54,615 nt of DNA from a virus. Taxonomy: Duplodnaviria > Caudoviricetes. Within the stretch, counting starts at the first letter, position 1. Every line of letters begins with the position of its first letter. The translations under genes and the position numbers were made by a program. A model generated the notes under the pieces. That model did no database searches. It worked only from the letters and a program-made list of their open reading frames with translations, and was not told where the DNA came from. The stretch is taken from the IMG/VR virus record IMGVR_UViG_3300033067_000445, positions 1-54,615 of that record; one strand, 5' to 3'. Positions 7,500-17,467 of the stretch are shown here, piece after piece.

Positions 7500-8345
7500 T
7501 TACTGAGCAGGCTGAGCCCAGGGCGGAACTGCACCAGCGGGCTGAGCGGGCTGAGCGGGTGCGTATTGCTGCGGCGCTGCCTGTTGCGGGGCAGGTTGAG
7601 CAGCGGGAGCCTGTTGCATCCAGGGCGGTGTCGGAGCGGCTTGCTGTGGAGCTTGCTGCTGAACTGGTGCCTGTTGCTGGACCGGAGCTTGCTGCTGAGG
7701 GGCTTGCTGCCAGGGTTGTGCAGCGGCCGGAGCTTGCCATGCAGGGGGAGCAGCTTGCGGAGCGGGCTGCACAGGCGGCGCATACTGCTGAGCCGGTGCA
7801 ACTGGTGCGGGTGCAAATTGCGGGGCCTGTTGCTGAGGCTGTGCGCCCCATGCTTGCGGCGCTGCCTGTTGCGGGAACTGGTGAGCGGGAGCTTGCGGAG
7901 GTGGCTGGAATGCAGCAGGTGCAGCCGCGTGAGCTTGTTCAACCTGCTCGTTGATGTTCTTGAAAGCGTTGATTTCGTTGGACGCTTCGTAGTCACCGCT
8001 GGCGGCACGAACCTTCACCTTGATCTTCAGGGGACGGTTATGCAGCATGGACGAGTCCGCGATTTGCAGGATACCCACAGCGTGAGCAATCGCGCTCAGT
8101 TGTTTGTATGCGATTTCCTGCGCCACGGGGTTGCCGTTGCGGATGTTTAAGCGAGAGAACACCTTGCGATTGACAAACTGGCCGTCGATCACGTTGAAGC
8201 GGAGTTCGAGATAAGCGCCCGAACCGTCCTTCGTGGGTTTCAGTTCAGACTGGTCGATTGCCGCGTTATACCAGCCGGCGGGAATCGCCTCCAGTACGCC
8301 AGCATCCGGTGTGACTTGCGATGCATCAAAATTCAATTGTGCCAT
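7500..8345 (-). CDS. Single-stranded DNA-binding protein (DUF669-like) with long Q/P/A-rich tail
   Basis: IPAGWYNAAI, GAYLELRF, NEINAFK; located next to the Sak4-like ATPase. Confidence 0.8.
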   Translation of the reverse strand: MAQLNFDASQVTPDAGVLEAIPAGWYNAAIDQSELKPTKDGSGAYLELRFNVIDGQFVNRKVFSRLNIRNGNPVAQEIAYKQLSAIAHAVGILQIADSSMLHNRPLKIKVKVRAASGDYEASNEINAFKNINEQVEQAHAAAPAAFQPPPQAPAHQFPQQAAPQAWGAQPQQQAPQFAPAPVAPAQQYAPPVQPAPQAAPPAWQAPAAAQPWQQAPQQQAPVQQQAPVQQQAPQQAAPTPPWMQQAPAAQPAPQQAAPQQYAPAQPAQPAGAVPPWAQPAQ

Positions 8346-8386
8346 GGTTTAAGCTCCTGAGTTGGGCGTTAGATGCGGTGCCCGAA

Positions 8387-9226
8387 TTACCGCGTAAAAA
8401 GATCGATGCCAGAAGACTTATACAGTGCTTCAGCGAAACTGTTCCAGCCGTTAGCAGGCGGGGCGGGAATTGGTAACTCGCCCAGCATACCAAACCGATT
8501 TCCGGCGGTATAGGAAGGCGTTCTTGACAGTGCAAGGACTCGACCTTTATTCTGAGACACACCGCGAGTCATGTTACTCTTGTCAGCGGTCATCAGATAG
8601 ATCGGTTCATACAGAAAGCCAATAACGTCTGCCCATTGCGTGATCAACTCACGCTTACCGTAGGTTTTCTGATTCTTTGGGGAATGCAGTAGCAAGTCCC
8701 AAGAGTCATACTCACCGCTCGTTGGATCCATAATTTTGGAACTAAAGACGTGGCAGGTCAACACGATGTTAATCCCGCCAAAGACTGCCAGTTGATCCAA
8801 CTGCTTGAGCAGTCCTTCGAACACCGCGTTCGCAAGATTGTAGGACTTTCCGTATCCACCATGAGCGGATTCCATGGTGACAGTCTTGTTTGATCCCGGT
8901 TTGTATGTCGGGTCCAGGCGCAAGACATGCTCGTGGATGTGACGCTCCAGTGCGGTGGCGCTGTCAAATACGATGGTCTTATATGGGAACTGACCACGCT
9001 GAGCCGCTGCCGTTACTTCGGTTAGCAATTGCTGCACCTCGTCGAAGCTCTGGAGCATGGGTGTCTTCTGCACGTTGACACCAGCGTATCCAACCTCCAG
9101 CGGCACCAGCAGCGAAGCGGGTGCGCCTGCGCTGAGGGTTGTCTTACCCATCTTTTCTTGACCCGCAATTACCATGCGAATGCCTGTGCGAGCAACTCCG
9201 CTCGTCACGTTCTGCAGTATGCTCAT
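8387..9226 (-). CDS. Sak4-like AAA ATPase / ssDNA annealing protein
   Basis: GQEKMGKTT, IVFDSATALE, GGYGK, QWADVIGF. Confidence 0.85.
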   Translation of the reverse strand: MSILQNVTSGVARTGIRMVIAGQEKMGKTTLSAGAPASLLVPLEVGYAGVNVQKTPMLQSFDEVQQLLTEVTAAAQRGQFPYKTIVFDSATALERHIHEHVLRLDPTYKPGSNKTVTMESAHGGYGKSYNLANAVFEGLLKQLDQLAVFGGINIVLTCHVFSSKIMDPTSGEYDSWDLLLHSPKNQKTYGKRELITQWADVIGFLYEPIYLMTADKSNMTRGVSQNKGRVLALSRTPSYTAGNRFGMLGELPIPAPPANGWNSFAEALYKSSGIDLFTR

Positions 9227-10116
9227 GAACTTTCTCCATTGTCAAAATTGTCCGCGAGCTTCTGCAAGCGGGCCTTGATGCCATCAATCTTCTCGAGCTT
9301 CGCGTCCCAGACATTGTGGTCAATGTACTCGTTCACGTGTTGGCTGACAAGGTCGTGCAGGTACTGAGGTGACAGAGCATCAAGCTCCCAGCTTTCATCA
9401 CCGTACTGGCGCCGATATTCTGCATAACGACTGTCAGTGACTTTCGCAGGATTAGGAGGGGGCGCCTGTTCTTCAATCTGGTCCATGTTCAGCGCAATGC
9501 GACGGAAGTCGATGCTGATCTGGTGCCGACTGAAAAGAGACAACCTTTCCTCAAGATCTCTTGTCATATCCATACCGCTAGGATCGTGATCTCCAAGGTG
9601 CAGGATCACAATTCTCTGGCAAGCCCTCATTATACGGGTCTTGGCAAACTCTCGCAACGTTGTCGCACTTGGATATCCACGCGCAGGAAGCAAAGGAACG
9701 TCAAACTCTTTGCAGGTACGCTCAAGCACGCCTGCCAAGGCTTCTTTTTCAACGACGCAGAAAATGCGGGTTTCTTGCCCGTCCCACAAATCCTCATGAT
9801 ATTGGCTTGCGACAGCGTGAAGGATTTGCGAACCGCTTGTCCAGTGGTTGCGTTCTAGGAATCCGCGTGTACGGTCTTCGATCGCATCCCAATCAATAAG
9901 ACCTGCCAACCGTGCATTCGTCAACAGTGCTACGATGTTATCATAGCTACGAACACTGTTTTCGATATGCCCACGGGCCACGAGTTGGTAGTAGAGCTGG
10001 CGAATGGTCAGCAGGTAGCCAGCTGCCTTGTATTCGTCAATGACACCGTCAACGATGCCGATCAGGTCAAGGCTTGCCTTGTGAAAGCGGGGAGCTTCAC
10101 CGTAGGACTCTTTCAT
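9223..10116 (-). CDS. Toprim-domain protein (Topo VI-A/DUF2399/JetD-like)
   Basis: TIRQLYYQL, VEKEAL, RGYPS, GDHDPSG, WELDAL. Confidence 0.78.
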   Translation of the reverse strand: MKESYGEAPRFHKASLDLIGIVDGVIDEYKAAGYLLTIRQLYYQLVARGHIENSVRSYDNIVALLTNARLAGLIDWDAIEDRTRGFLERNHWTSGSQILHAVASQYHEDLWDGQETRIFCVVEKEALAGVLERTCKEFDVPLLPARGYPSATTLREFAKTRIMRACQRIVILHLGDHDPSGMDMTRDLEERLSLFSRHQISIDFRRIALNMDQIEEQAPPPNPAKVTDSRYAEYRRQYGDESWELDALSPQYLHDLVSQHVNEYIDHNVWDAKLEKIDGIKARLQKLADNFDNGESS

Positions 10117-10268
10117 ACTGCCACCCATGTATCGCAGACGTCGTAATAACCTGTCTGCCCCTGAACGGTGAACGTAAGGGTTCCAGGGCTTTCAAGCCAC
10201 AAGGTTTGACCGTTATATGGTCCACCCTTCATGACGTGCGGACGCTTCACTACTTTCTTTAATCTCAT
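10113..10268 (-). CDS. Small hypothetical protein (51 aa)
   Basis: Read by hand: MRLKKVVKRPHVMKGGPYNGQTLWL...; ATGA overlaps at both ends. Confidence 0.6.
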   Translation of the reverse strand: MRLKKVVKRPHVMKGGPYNGQTLWLESPGTLTFTVQGQTGYYDVCDTWVAV

Positions 10269-11161
10269 TTCGGTTCTCCAATATCAATCTGGTCGCGGAA
10301 TCCAAGCCATACGGGGAAGCGGGGAGCTTCCTTCACGCCAACCTCGAAATGCTTGTATTTCGTAATCTTGCCCAGCAGCGTGTCACGTGTGTTCCACAAT
10401 TGCTGGCGCTGTGCCGCGCTGTAGCCGGTTCCAATGCTGAACTCAATACCCGTGCCACAGTCCCGGACCTTCAGCGCCCCTAGTGTGTTCATAGGCACCT
10501 TGCCCTCCGCGTGACTGCTTCGCTTTGTGTGGCCGAGTTCGTCCAGTGTAGCTTCGTTGGCATTGTGCATCAGCTCTTCGAAGCCAATAACCACAGCTTC
10601 CGAGTCTGCGAACCGCTTCAGCTTCAGCAGGTGGCCTTCTCGTGCGGTACTGCGCCCGAACTTATAGATGCCTTCTACGTTGCGCAGCATCACGCCTTCA
10701 AACCCTTGGGCCAGCGTTTCCTGTTCAAACAGATCCAGTTCTTCTTGGCCCTTCACCAGTAGCTGAGGAAGCAGTTTGACACGGGGAAACTGTGCGAGGT
10801 ATTCTGTGTCGAGTGCAAGCTGCAAACGGCGCAGGCGCGTCGCATATGGTATCGCAGGGTCTGTCCAGTAGTCAAAGACCCAGAAAGAGAAGTCCGGTTC
10901 ACCGTCACGGGACATGACGCCAGAGGTTGTTGCCTGCATCACGTTCTTGTCGTTTGCAGGGCCTACCGTGAGCTCACCGTCCAAACCTTCCAGCATCAGA
11001 TTTCCAAGGCAGTCCTGGACGTAAGCATTCGGAATGAGCTTGAGGCTACGGGAAACCAGAACGGCGTCTTTGACTACTGCCCGGACGCCGTCCAGCTTCG
11101 CGCTCGCGTACATGGGAAACCGAAGCACCTTAGGCGCCTCGACCGCGAGCATTGGCTTCAT
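10265..11161 (-). CDS. ATP-dependent DNA ligase
   Basis: KLDGVR, LDGEL, FD, EGVMLR, LLKLK, GTG, PRFP. Confidence 0.93.
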   Translation of the reverse strand: MKPMLAVEAPKVLRFPMYASAKLDGVRAVVKDAVLVSRSLKLIPNAYVQDCLGNLMLEGLDGELTVGPANDKNVMQATTSGVMSRDGEPDFSFWVFDYWTDPAIPYATRLRRLQLALDTEYLAQFPRVKLLPQLLVKGQEELDLFEQETLAQGFEGVMLRNVEGIYKFGRSTAREGHLLKLKRFADSEAVVIGFEELMHNANEATLDELGHTKRSSHAEGKVPMNTLGALKVRDCGTGIEFSIGTGYSAAQRQQLWNTRDTLLGKITKYKHFEVGVKEAPRFPVWLGFRDQIDIGEPK

Positions 11162-11319
11162 AGATTCACCATCTGCTGAAACACCCGCTTCGTCCTCAGG
11201 TTGACAAGCGTCAACAACATAGGAGGAATCGGTGAACCATACATGGCAGCAATTGTCACAGGCAGGAACTTAGGTCGCAGAGCCTGCACGATCTGGATGT
11301 TGTCCTTAGGGCGGTTCAT
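11158..11319 (-). CDS. Small hypothetical protein (53 aa)
   Basis: Read by hand: MNRPKDNIQIVQALRPKF...; ATGA overlaps at both ends. Confidence 0.55.
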   Translation of the reverse strand: MNRPKDNIQIVQALRPKFLPVTIAAMYGSPIPPMLLTLVNLRTKRVFQQMVNL

Positions 11320-12011
11320 GCTTGCTCCTTAAATGCTTGCACAGAGTAAGGAACAATCGGTTCCACCAGTTTCAGCAGGGCTTCCGCATAGACACGGATT
11401 TCCATCTGAGCGTGTTCGTGCAAGCGAAGGCGCAGGAAGTGGAACAGGTTGTGAAGGTCCACACTCGCAAACATGCGCGAGTAAGTGGCACAAGGCAGCA
11501 CAGTTCGAGCAAGCTCACGCGCCACACCCTGCTCCAGGAGCGTCTTATAGAGCGCGAATGCGTCCATGTTTGCTTTGCGCATGTAGGACTGAATCAGCAA
11601 AGCGTTCTCATGCTGCACATCGTCACGCATCTGCTTGTTCGATGTGTGTTGATGGGTAATGACCGCCAGCTCAGGAACGTAGAACTCTTCAGGGAGCTCG
11701 CTGTAACGTGCGCTGACTTCGTTGTAAGACCATGTCCGGTGACGGTGCCACTGGCGGAACACAAACAACGGAGCCTTGATTTCAAAGGTGAACGACACCG
11801 CCTCGAAAGGACTGGTGTGATGGTTCTTCAGCAGATACGCGATCAGCTTTTCATCCTTGCCAGCGTCGTCACCAGTGCGCCAGTCAGCGTCGTAGCTGAC
11901 ACGAGCAGCGCGAACGATACTCAGGTCGCTGCCCATGTGGTCAACAAGGCGCACCAGACCGTGATCCAGCACGGGGATGAAGTCCAGGGAGTGGATTCCG
12001 ATGTTGCTCAT
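11316..12011 (-). CDS. thyX: Flavin-dependent thymidylate synthase
   Basis: AARVSY, HTSPFE, RQWHRHRTWSYNEVSARY, HAQMEIR. Confidence 0.96.
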   Translation of the reverse strand: MSNIGIHSLDFIPVLDHGLVRLVDHMGSDLSIVRAARVSYDADWRTGDDAGKDEKLIAYLLKNHHTSPFEAVSFTFEIKAPLFVFRQWHRHRTWSYNEVSARYSELPEEFYVPELAVITHQHTSNKQMRDDVQHENALLIQSYMRKANMDAFALYKTLLEQGVARELARTVLPCATYSRMFASVDLHNLFHFLRLRLHEHAQMEIRVYAEALLKLVEPIVPYSVQAFKEQA

Positions 12012-12445
12012 GCTTGCACTCCTGCGGCCTTTGCAGCCTTAGCGGGGAGCACAATTTCCAGGGCGGGTGAACCGGGCTTGACAATCAAGCACTGATCAAA
12101 GAGGTGCGTCTGCTCTTCTGTCAGCGTGCGGTATTCCTTCACAACGAGTGAGGGTTTATACTGCACCATGGCGTCAGCGGTGATACCGGCCTTGAGGAAC
12201 TGTTCCTTCAACGCACCAAAGGCGCCAGGGTCCACTTCTCGGCTGATTGTGTGCTTACCCTTCAGCACCCATCCAGCGTCGAGCGGGACGGTGTTTGTGC
12301 CTTCTTTGGGGGCAGGGAAATAGAAGCCGAAGATCTTCTGACGGAGCAGCATTTCTGCCGCCTTCAGTTTCTTCAACTGCTCTTGCATTTGATACCAAGA
12401 CGACATATCTTCTGCCGTCACGGTGTTGGGAGGAATCAGGGTCAT
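12008..12445 (-). CDS. Conserved phage hypothetical protein
   Basis: 145 aa, GGAG RBS, promoter upstream. Confidence 0.75.
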   Translation of the reverse strand: MTLIPPNTVTAEDMSSWYQMQEQLKKLKAAEMLLRQKIFGFYFPAPKEGTNTVPLDAGWVLKGKHTISREVDPGAFGALKEQFLKAGITADAMVQYKPSLVVKEYRTLTEEQTHLFDQCLIVKPGSPALEIVLPAKAAKAAGVQA

Positions 12446-12481
12446 TTACAGGCTCCAGAGTTGGTTTGTGGTACGAGCGTT

Positions 12482-12510
12482 AATTTAACGCAACGGTGAA
12501 AGATCTGCAA
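12482..12510 (-). promoter_or_regulatory. sigma70-like promoter
   Basis: TTGCAG-17 nt-TAAATT. Confidence 0.55.
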
Positions 12511-12523
12511 GCCCGCATTCTGA

Positions 12524-14884
12524 TTATTTAAGGTCTGAGGGTAGATCCAGCACGCGGAAAGCCTTGCCGTGGAATCCGTGATCAGTCAGGAGTTTGTCTT
12601 TGGGGATTTCAACGATATAACCGCTATCAACCAGACTGCGAACAGTATCATCAAGCGCCTTTGATGCTCCGAATTTGTGTTGCTGGAAGGTCGGAACCCT
12701 CTGCGTTCGAATCTGGAGGTACTTACGGGGCACGATACCATCCTTCACCATGCTTGACGGGACGTTGTAACCCGTGCCCACCTTGCCTGCGATGTACTCA
12801 GCAATGAAGAATAGAATCTTGCGCTCCCGTGTGTGGTCATTGATACCGACGTCACCAGTCACCAGACGTCTTGTCATGATGGCAATGTCACGGCGCACCA
12901 CTTGCAGAGCCCAATCGACATATTCTGCATTGACTACAGGACTCTCTGGTCTGTCCGCAACTGCCAGCAATGCAGCAATTCGGCAAACCTTCAAGTGAGC
13001 ACGGTTCCACATCTGCCTCCAGGACTCGTCCGCAGTGCTATTGATCTGGATGTCGCATTCCTTGTCAAACGATTGCAGCATCTGCCGCGCCCGCTCGTCA
13101 AGCCCAACACCATACACCATGGACGCACCCTTCGCCACGACCGCTGTATGCACCACATAGAGCAGCTGATTGAGTTCTTCCGTGTTGAGGTTTGTCTTCG
13201 GGTTTTCGTTATGTGCAGGGCGCTCACCGTCGTATTCAATGACAATAAAGCGTGACAGAAAACCGTCTTCCATCATCGACTCAGTAAGCGACTCGTAGAA
13301 TGTGCCAGGGGTCGTTTCGCCAATCATACTATAGGCAACACCTGTCACAGACGCGACCGTCTTTTCCTTGTCGCTGTATCCAATACCGCCAACGACACTG
13401 GTCGACGATGACTTCTGATACAGGTTTGTCATGATGGTACGCAAAGAAGCGAGCGATCCGTCCCTGCCTTCTTCTGCCGCTAGGCGCTTCAGCTTGCGTC
13501 CCCACTCACCAGACACGTTCACAAACGACGGGTTGAACGCCACCGCCTTAGCAAGTGCAGGCCCTGACGCAAAGTCTGCAAAGTCCACAAACTCGGAAAT
13601 CTTGTTCCCGTTCGTTGTCAGGCCCATGCACTGATGGATGATCTTGCTGATCCCGCTGTGCATTGCTTCCTTACCGATAGCACTACGAGCGATGAGAATG
13701 ATATACAGGTTGAGGCCTGATTGCGGGATGTTCCACGTCTTACCGCACAGCCCAGCAAACAACCCGAGCGCAGACACAATGCCCACCTCCCGCACGGGAC
13801 GCGGTGCGGAGTCATAGATGTAGCGTGCAATGACGCCAACAAAGCCTGGAGGCCACGGGAGTTCTGCCGTTGGCTGCATACCTGCTGACGTGATAGCGCC
13901 CACGGGTGCCCGCGGTGCCTGTACTGGTGCAGCTTCCGCAGCGATCGCGGCCTGTGGGGCCCGCATATTCTGCAGCAATGCACCCGCCAACGCTTCACCG
14001 TGTTCTTCCGCTGCAATTTCCCGTGACTGCCTACCGCGAATGATCCGCAATGTGCGATTCAGGTAGACATCGTCCTTCGTTGCTTTGTCCCGCTTGCCCA
14101 AACCCGACAACCTGAACAACCTGCGGCACTGTGCATTCGACCGCGAGTGAAATGTAAACATGGACATGAGCGCCAAGTCTGCTTCCGACTGCGACGGGTA
14201 TCCCATAGCGGTCCAGTCTCCTTTGCACAGTTCATTGAACTTGTCAGCATTCACCGCATTCATTAGCATGGACAGGATCTCGTCGTCCTCAAGCTCTTCA
14301 CCGAACTCTTCTAGTTCAACGACGCTGTCCCTGTTCTTCCGTATCTCCTGCACCAGTAACTCAATGAGCTCCTGCTTCTCGCGCAATGGGCGGTCCAGGA
14401 TGGTGTCACCCGTGCAGACAATGAACCTCTCTTGTGAATACACTTCCACAAAGTCACGCCGGGCGCCTGCCCCGATCTGCGCCTTGATCCATATGTGCAA
14501 CCCTTGCCCCGATTGCGACCGCTCTGTGTAGCTGTCGAATGTGGTCATTATCATGCCGTGCCGCTCAATCGCGGTAGCCGGTGTCCACTTAGCAGGGTCT
14601 TTCTCGTTCGTTGCGTTCTTGACATCCAAGTCAATACAGCAGAACGGGTCAGCCTTAGCCAACACAAACCCGATCCCGAGTTTGTAGTGCCATGCGGCTT
14701 GGCACGCCATTTCGAATGACAACCATGTGGCAGGGTCAGTCGTACTGCCTGGGCGTAATTGTCCAAGTGAGTCCAGAGACGTCGGAACCTTCAAATCTCC
14801 CTTAGTGTCTGGTGACGCCAGGAGCCATTGTTTCGCGCTTTGCAGCTCCGCAGGGATGCGTCCCCATTGTGGGGTTTCCTTCAT
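12524..14884 (-). CDS. Primase/polymerase fused to a DUF3987-like helicase domain
   Basis: [42 protein letters not shown]. Confidence 0.85.
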   Translation of the reverse strand: MKETPQWGRIPAELQSAKQWLLASPDTKGDLKVPTSLDSLGQLRPGSTTDPATWLSFEMACQAAWHYKLGIGFVLAKADPFCCIDLDVKNATNEKDPAKWTPATAIERHGMIMTTFDSYTERSQSGQGLHIWIKAQIGAGARRDFVEVYSQERFIVCTGDTILDRPLREKQELIELLVQEIRKNRDSVVELEEFGEELEDDEILSMLMNAVNADKFNELCKGDWTAMGYPSQSEADLALMSMFTFHSRSNAQCRRLFRLSGLGKRDKATKDDVYLNRTLRIIRGRQSREIAAEEHGEALAGALLQNMRAPQAAIAAEAAPVQAPRAPVGAITSAGMQPTAELPWPPGFVGVIARYIYDSAPRPVREVGIVSALGLFAGLCGKTWNIPQSGLNLYIILIARSAIGKEAMHSGISKIIHQCMGLTTNGNKISEFVDFADFASGPALAKAVAFNPSFVNVSGEWGRKLKRLAAEEGRDGSLASLRTIMTNLYQKSSSTSVVGGIGYSDKEKTVASVTGVAYSMIGETTPGTFYESLTESMMEDGFLSRFIVIEYDGERPAHNENPKTNLNTEELNQLLYVVHTAVVAKGASMVYGVGLDERARQMLQSFDKECDIQINSTADESWRQMWNRAHLKVCRIAALLAVADRPESPVVNAEYVDWALQVVRRDIAIMTRRLVTGDVGINDHTRERKILFFIAEYIAGKVGTGYNVPSSMVKDGIVPRKYLQIRTQRVPTFQQHKFGASKALDDTVRSLVDSGYIVEIPKDKLLTDHGFHGKAFRVLDLPSDLK

Positions 14885-15111
14885 GCCGCGACACCCCGAC
14901 GCACATTCAGGATCACACGCCAGGCGTCGAGGTAAGGAGTGACGGTAGCACGCTCCCAGATAAAGAGCTGCCCGTCATTGACCACAATAGGGTCCGGCAG
15001 TAAGCCTCGCTGGCGTGCATATAGCAGACCCGCTCGACTAACAGACAAGTCACGCATTATCTGCGTGGAGGTGATATAGGTGTTATCAAAGTTCTTTTGG
15101 GCGGGAGACAT
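14881..15111 (-). CDS. AlpA/excisionase-like HTH DNA-binding protein
   Basis: [30 protein letters not shown]...FIWER. Confidence 0.7.
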   Translation of the reverse strand: MSPAQKNFDNTYITSTQIMRDLSVSRAGLLYARQRGLLPDPIVVNDGQLFIWERATVTPYLDAWRVILNVRRGVAA

Positions 15112-15142
15112 AGCGGTTCCAGTAGGGATGCAAAGCCTGCAC

Positions 15143-15172
15143 AGTATAAGTGCGGCCATTAACGCCTTGCAA
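15143..15172 (-). promoter_or_regulatory. sigma70-like promoter
   Basis: TTGCAA-18 nt-TATACT. Confidence 0.55.
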
Positions 15173-15184
15173 CGGGTGTTAATA

Positions 15185-15793
15185 TCAGAAAGGTTTAATC
15201 GGCGGTAATGGTGCAGGCTCATTTATCAAAAGCGCGAACTCAGCTTCAACCTCCGCAATCCGTGCATCCCGACGCATTGTTGCGTCCTTAATACGCTCCC
15301 GACGCAAACGACATGCCTCCATATAATCTGCGTATTCCTTTTTGAATTGCAGGGTGGCAGCTTTGCGCGAACTTATGTCCATCTTCTGCGCCTCCTTGGA
15401 ATCCCGTTCAGCATACTTTTCAATCATGTGAACAGGCACAGGATTCTGAACGCGGTACTCGACAAGCGTACTTTCCACCGTGTCGAAATAGTGTTCTGTC
15501 CCGTCCTCGTCAGTGGATGCAATGTGCCCCGCAATGGCGTTGAACTGCACAGGCTTAATATCGGGGAAACGAACCATCAGTTGACGGAGCTCTTCTTTCC
15601 ATTCCGCAGTGCCTGTGATCTGCCCATTGCGCACCCAATAGGCGTCGGTTTGCTCTTGGGTCAGAACCTTCATTGTGGGGATGGGTACTGGCGTGGCAGT
15701 GTTACCGCTACCCGCTCCCCATGCGTCGTAGAAGTCATTAGACGGTAGCTGGGGCGGCTTCTCGCCCCAGAAAGTGATCGGATCGTTGCTCAT
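15185..15793 (-). CDS. Hypothetical protein
   Basis: 202 aa, AGGAG RBS. Confidence 0.75.
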   Translation of the reverse strand: MSNDPITFWGEKPPQLPSNDFYDAWGAGSGNTATPVPIPTMKVLTQEQTDAYWVRNGQITGTAEWKEELRQLMVRFPDIKPVQFNAIAGHIASTDEDGTEHYFDTVESTLVEYRVQNPVPVHMIEKYAERDSKEAQKMDISSRKAATLQFKKEYADYMEACRLRRERIKDATMRRDARIAEVEAEFALLINEPAPLPPIKPF

Positions 15794-15899
15794 TATGTGG
15801 CTCCTATTAAGAATGGGTGGATGCTACATTAGCGCCGATGCAGAGTAAAGCTGATGAGGGTGGTGGAGGCCCGAGCTCGGGGTGGCCCTTGTGAGTAGT

Positions 15900-16160
15900 G
15901 CGTTAGCCACCCGTTTAACCCCGAAAAATAGCCAAAATAGCCCAGGGGCCCTACCCCTTAGAGGTATATATATGGAGGGCCCGGCGCGATCCCCTCTCTA
16001 CCCCGATATCACACTCATACCCTGTATATAATTTTACTAATTTACTAATTACCCTTATAAGTGGTTGTTCTATATAGGTTTTTGCCATTAGCCAAATGTT
16101 AATTTATGACTATAGAGCTATGGACGATCGTCATGTGTCTATATTCGAGTTAATGAGCGG
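15900..16160. other. AT-rich non-coding divergence region, candidate replication origin
   Basis: Tandem AAAATAGCC x2 (15925-15942), TTTACTAA x2 (16033-16048) and TATA runs; near the primase gene; at the strand switch. Confidence 0.45.
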
Positions 16161-16427
16161 TGAATTTATTGGTCCGCGCTGCACATATACAAGGTGGCGC
16201 CACTGCGGAGCGTGCTGGTGTGGTTAGCTTGATATCTTAACATCGCTTGCATAATCAAATTCGGGTGTCCTACATTACAAATCACCAAACAGAACCGCAA
16301 CCATAGCCCATGAGCTGCCACCCTGTTTGTAAGATGCATCGATGTCTGACATTGATACTCTTGCGAGCGCAGTACATGGGACACCCCTTCACGTGGGGCA
16401 GGTGACGACATAATGCACGTGACGAAC

Positions 16428-16582
16428 CTGTAACGGGGCGCCCAGCCCGAGATTAAACCTTCACAGGCTCAAACAGGGACGCAACCATTGAGCTGACTTG
16501 TTCGGCAGGACAAGAAGGCATCCTGCACGCTGCCGCGTGCCTGCCATGTAGAGGGTTGGCTTAGTATGGCGAGCCGTTACCG
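16428..16582 (+). ncRNA. Candidate multi-stem structured RNA
   Basis: Nested complementary segments GTAACGG/CCGTTAC, GGCTCAA/TTGAGCT, GGCAGG/CCTGCC, GCACGC/GCGTGC. Confidence 0.35.
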
Positions 16583-16635
16583 TGTGTTCCTAGGATATGC
16601 GGAGCCCTTTGCATTCTTAATCTCTAGGAGTTATT

Positions 16636-16872
16636 ATGTTTGGAGTCATGAATCATTTGGATGTCACCGTCTGCAAGAACGCCGAGGAAGCCGCTGCGAA
16701 GGGTTTCTTTTATCGCGACGGTATTAAGCCCATTGAAATCGAGAAAGTCGTTGTCGTGCAGGACGGCACGAAAAACAACAATTCCACCGTGGATCTGGTC
16801 ATGAAGGATGAACATGGAAACCGCTTTGTCGTGATGGTTACTGGTGCGCTGATTAAATCAATTCCCTGTTAG
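16636..16872 (+). CDS. Hypothetical protein
   Basis: 78 aa, AGGAG RBS. Confidence 0.75.
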   Translation: MFGVMNHLDVTVCKNAEEAAAKGFFYRDGIKPIEIEKVVVVQDGTKNNNSTVDLVMKDEHGNRFVVMVTGALIKSIPC

Positions 16873-16880
16873 GAGCTGCC

Positions 16881-17255
16881 ATGTGTAATAAAGACAGCGT
16901 GTGCAACGTACCCGAAGGTGAATGCTCCGGAGCGTGCGTACCCACAGCGCCGGCACAGGCCGCGATCAGCGACTCACCCTCGCAAGCTATTGGGCGCGGC
17001 GTGCGATCGCCTGTAGCGAGGCCTCACAGCCATTATTTCCGTCCCTGCCCGTATGACAGCATTGACGTCTATCGCGTGCTGGACATATTCAGAGTGACTG
17101 ATCCGTGCCTGCAACATGCGGTGAAGAAGTTGCTGGTGGCTGGAGGTCGTGGTCATAAGGACATCCGTCGCGACATCCAGGACAGCATTGACACGCTCAT
17201 TCGCTGGCAGGAGATGCGAGCCGAAGAACCTTCGCGTGACAGTTTGCAGCCATGA
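16881..17255 (+). CDS. Conserved phage protein (possibly DUF3310-related)
   Basis: HYF...IDVYRVL...QHAVKKLLVAGGRGHKD. Confidence 0.65.
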   Translation: MCNKDSVCNVPEGECSGACVPTAPAQAAISDSPSQAIGRGVRSPVARPHSHYFRPCPYDSIDVYRVLDIFRVTDPCLQHAVKKLLVAGGRGHKDIRRDIQDSIDTLIRWQEMRAEEPSRDSLQP

Positions 17256-17467
17256 TCCATACGCCAGCTCAAGACATGGTGCTCGCACGTGAAATGCAGC
17301 GCCAGCAGAATGCTCGTATTCACGCTCAGCGTGAACTATTCAAGGAGCTCGACCCGAACTTTATCAATGCAGGGTTCAGGGGAGGTTTGCGATGCCGTGC
17401 AATGCGGGACGGACACTACTGCCCAAGCGAAGATCTTGAGTTCATTATGATGTGGAGCGGTACATGA
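17252..17467 (+). CDS. Hypothetical protein
   Basis: 71 aa, ATGA overlaps. Confidence 0.6.
   Translation: MIHTPAQDMVLAREMQRQQNARIHAQRELFKELDPNFINAGFRGGLRCRAMRDGHYCPSEDLEFIMMWSGT

Noticed and set aside
14881-15111. Excisionase implying lysogeny
   Set aside because: No integrase, att site or repressor was recognised; the HTH more likely relates to replication or transcription
15794-16635. tRNA genes or ORF 16166-16411 in the intergenic region
   Set aside because: No cloverleaf or T-loop motif was recognised, and the ORF lacks an RBS and recognisable content
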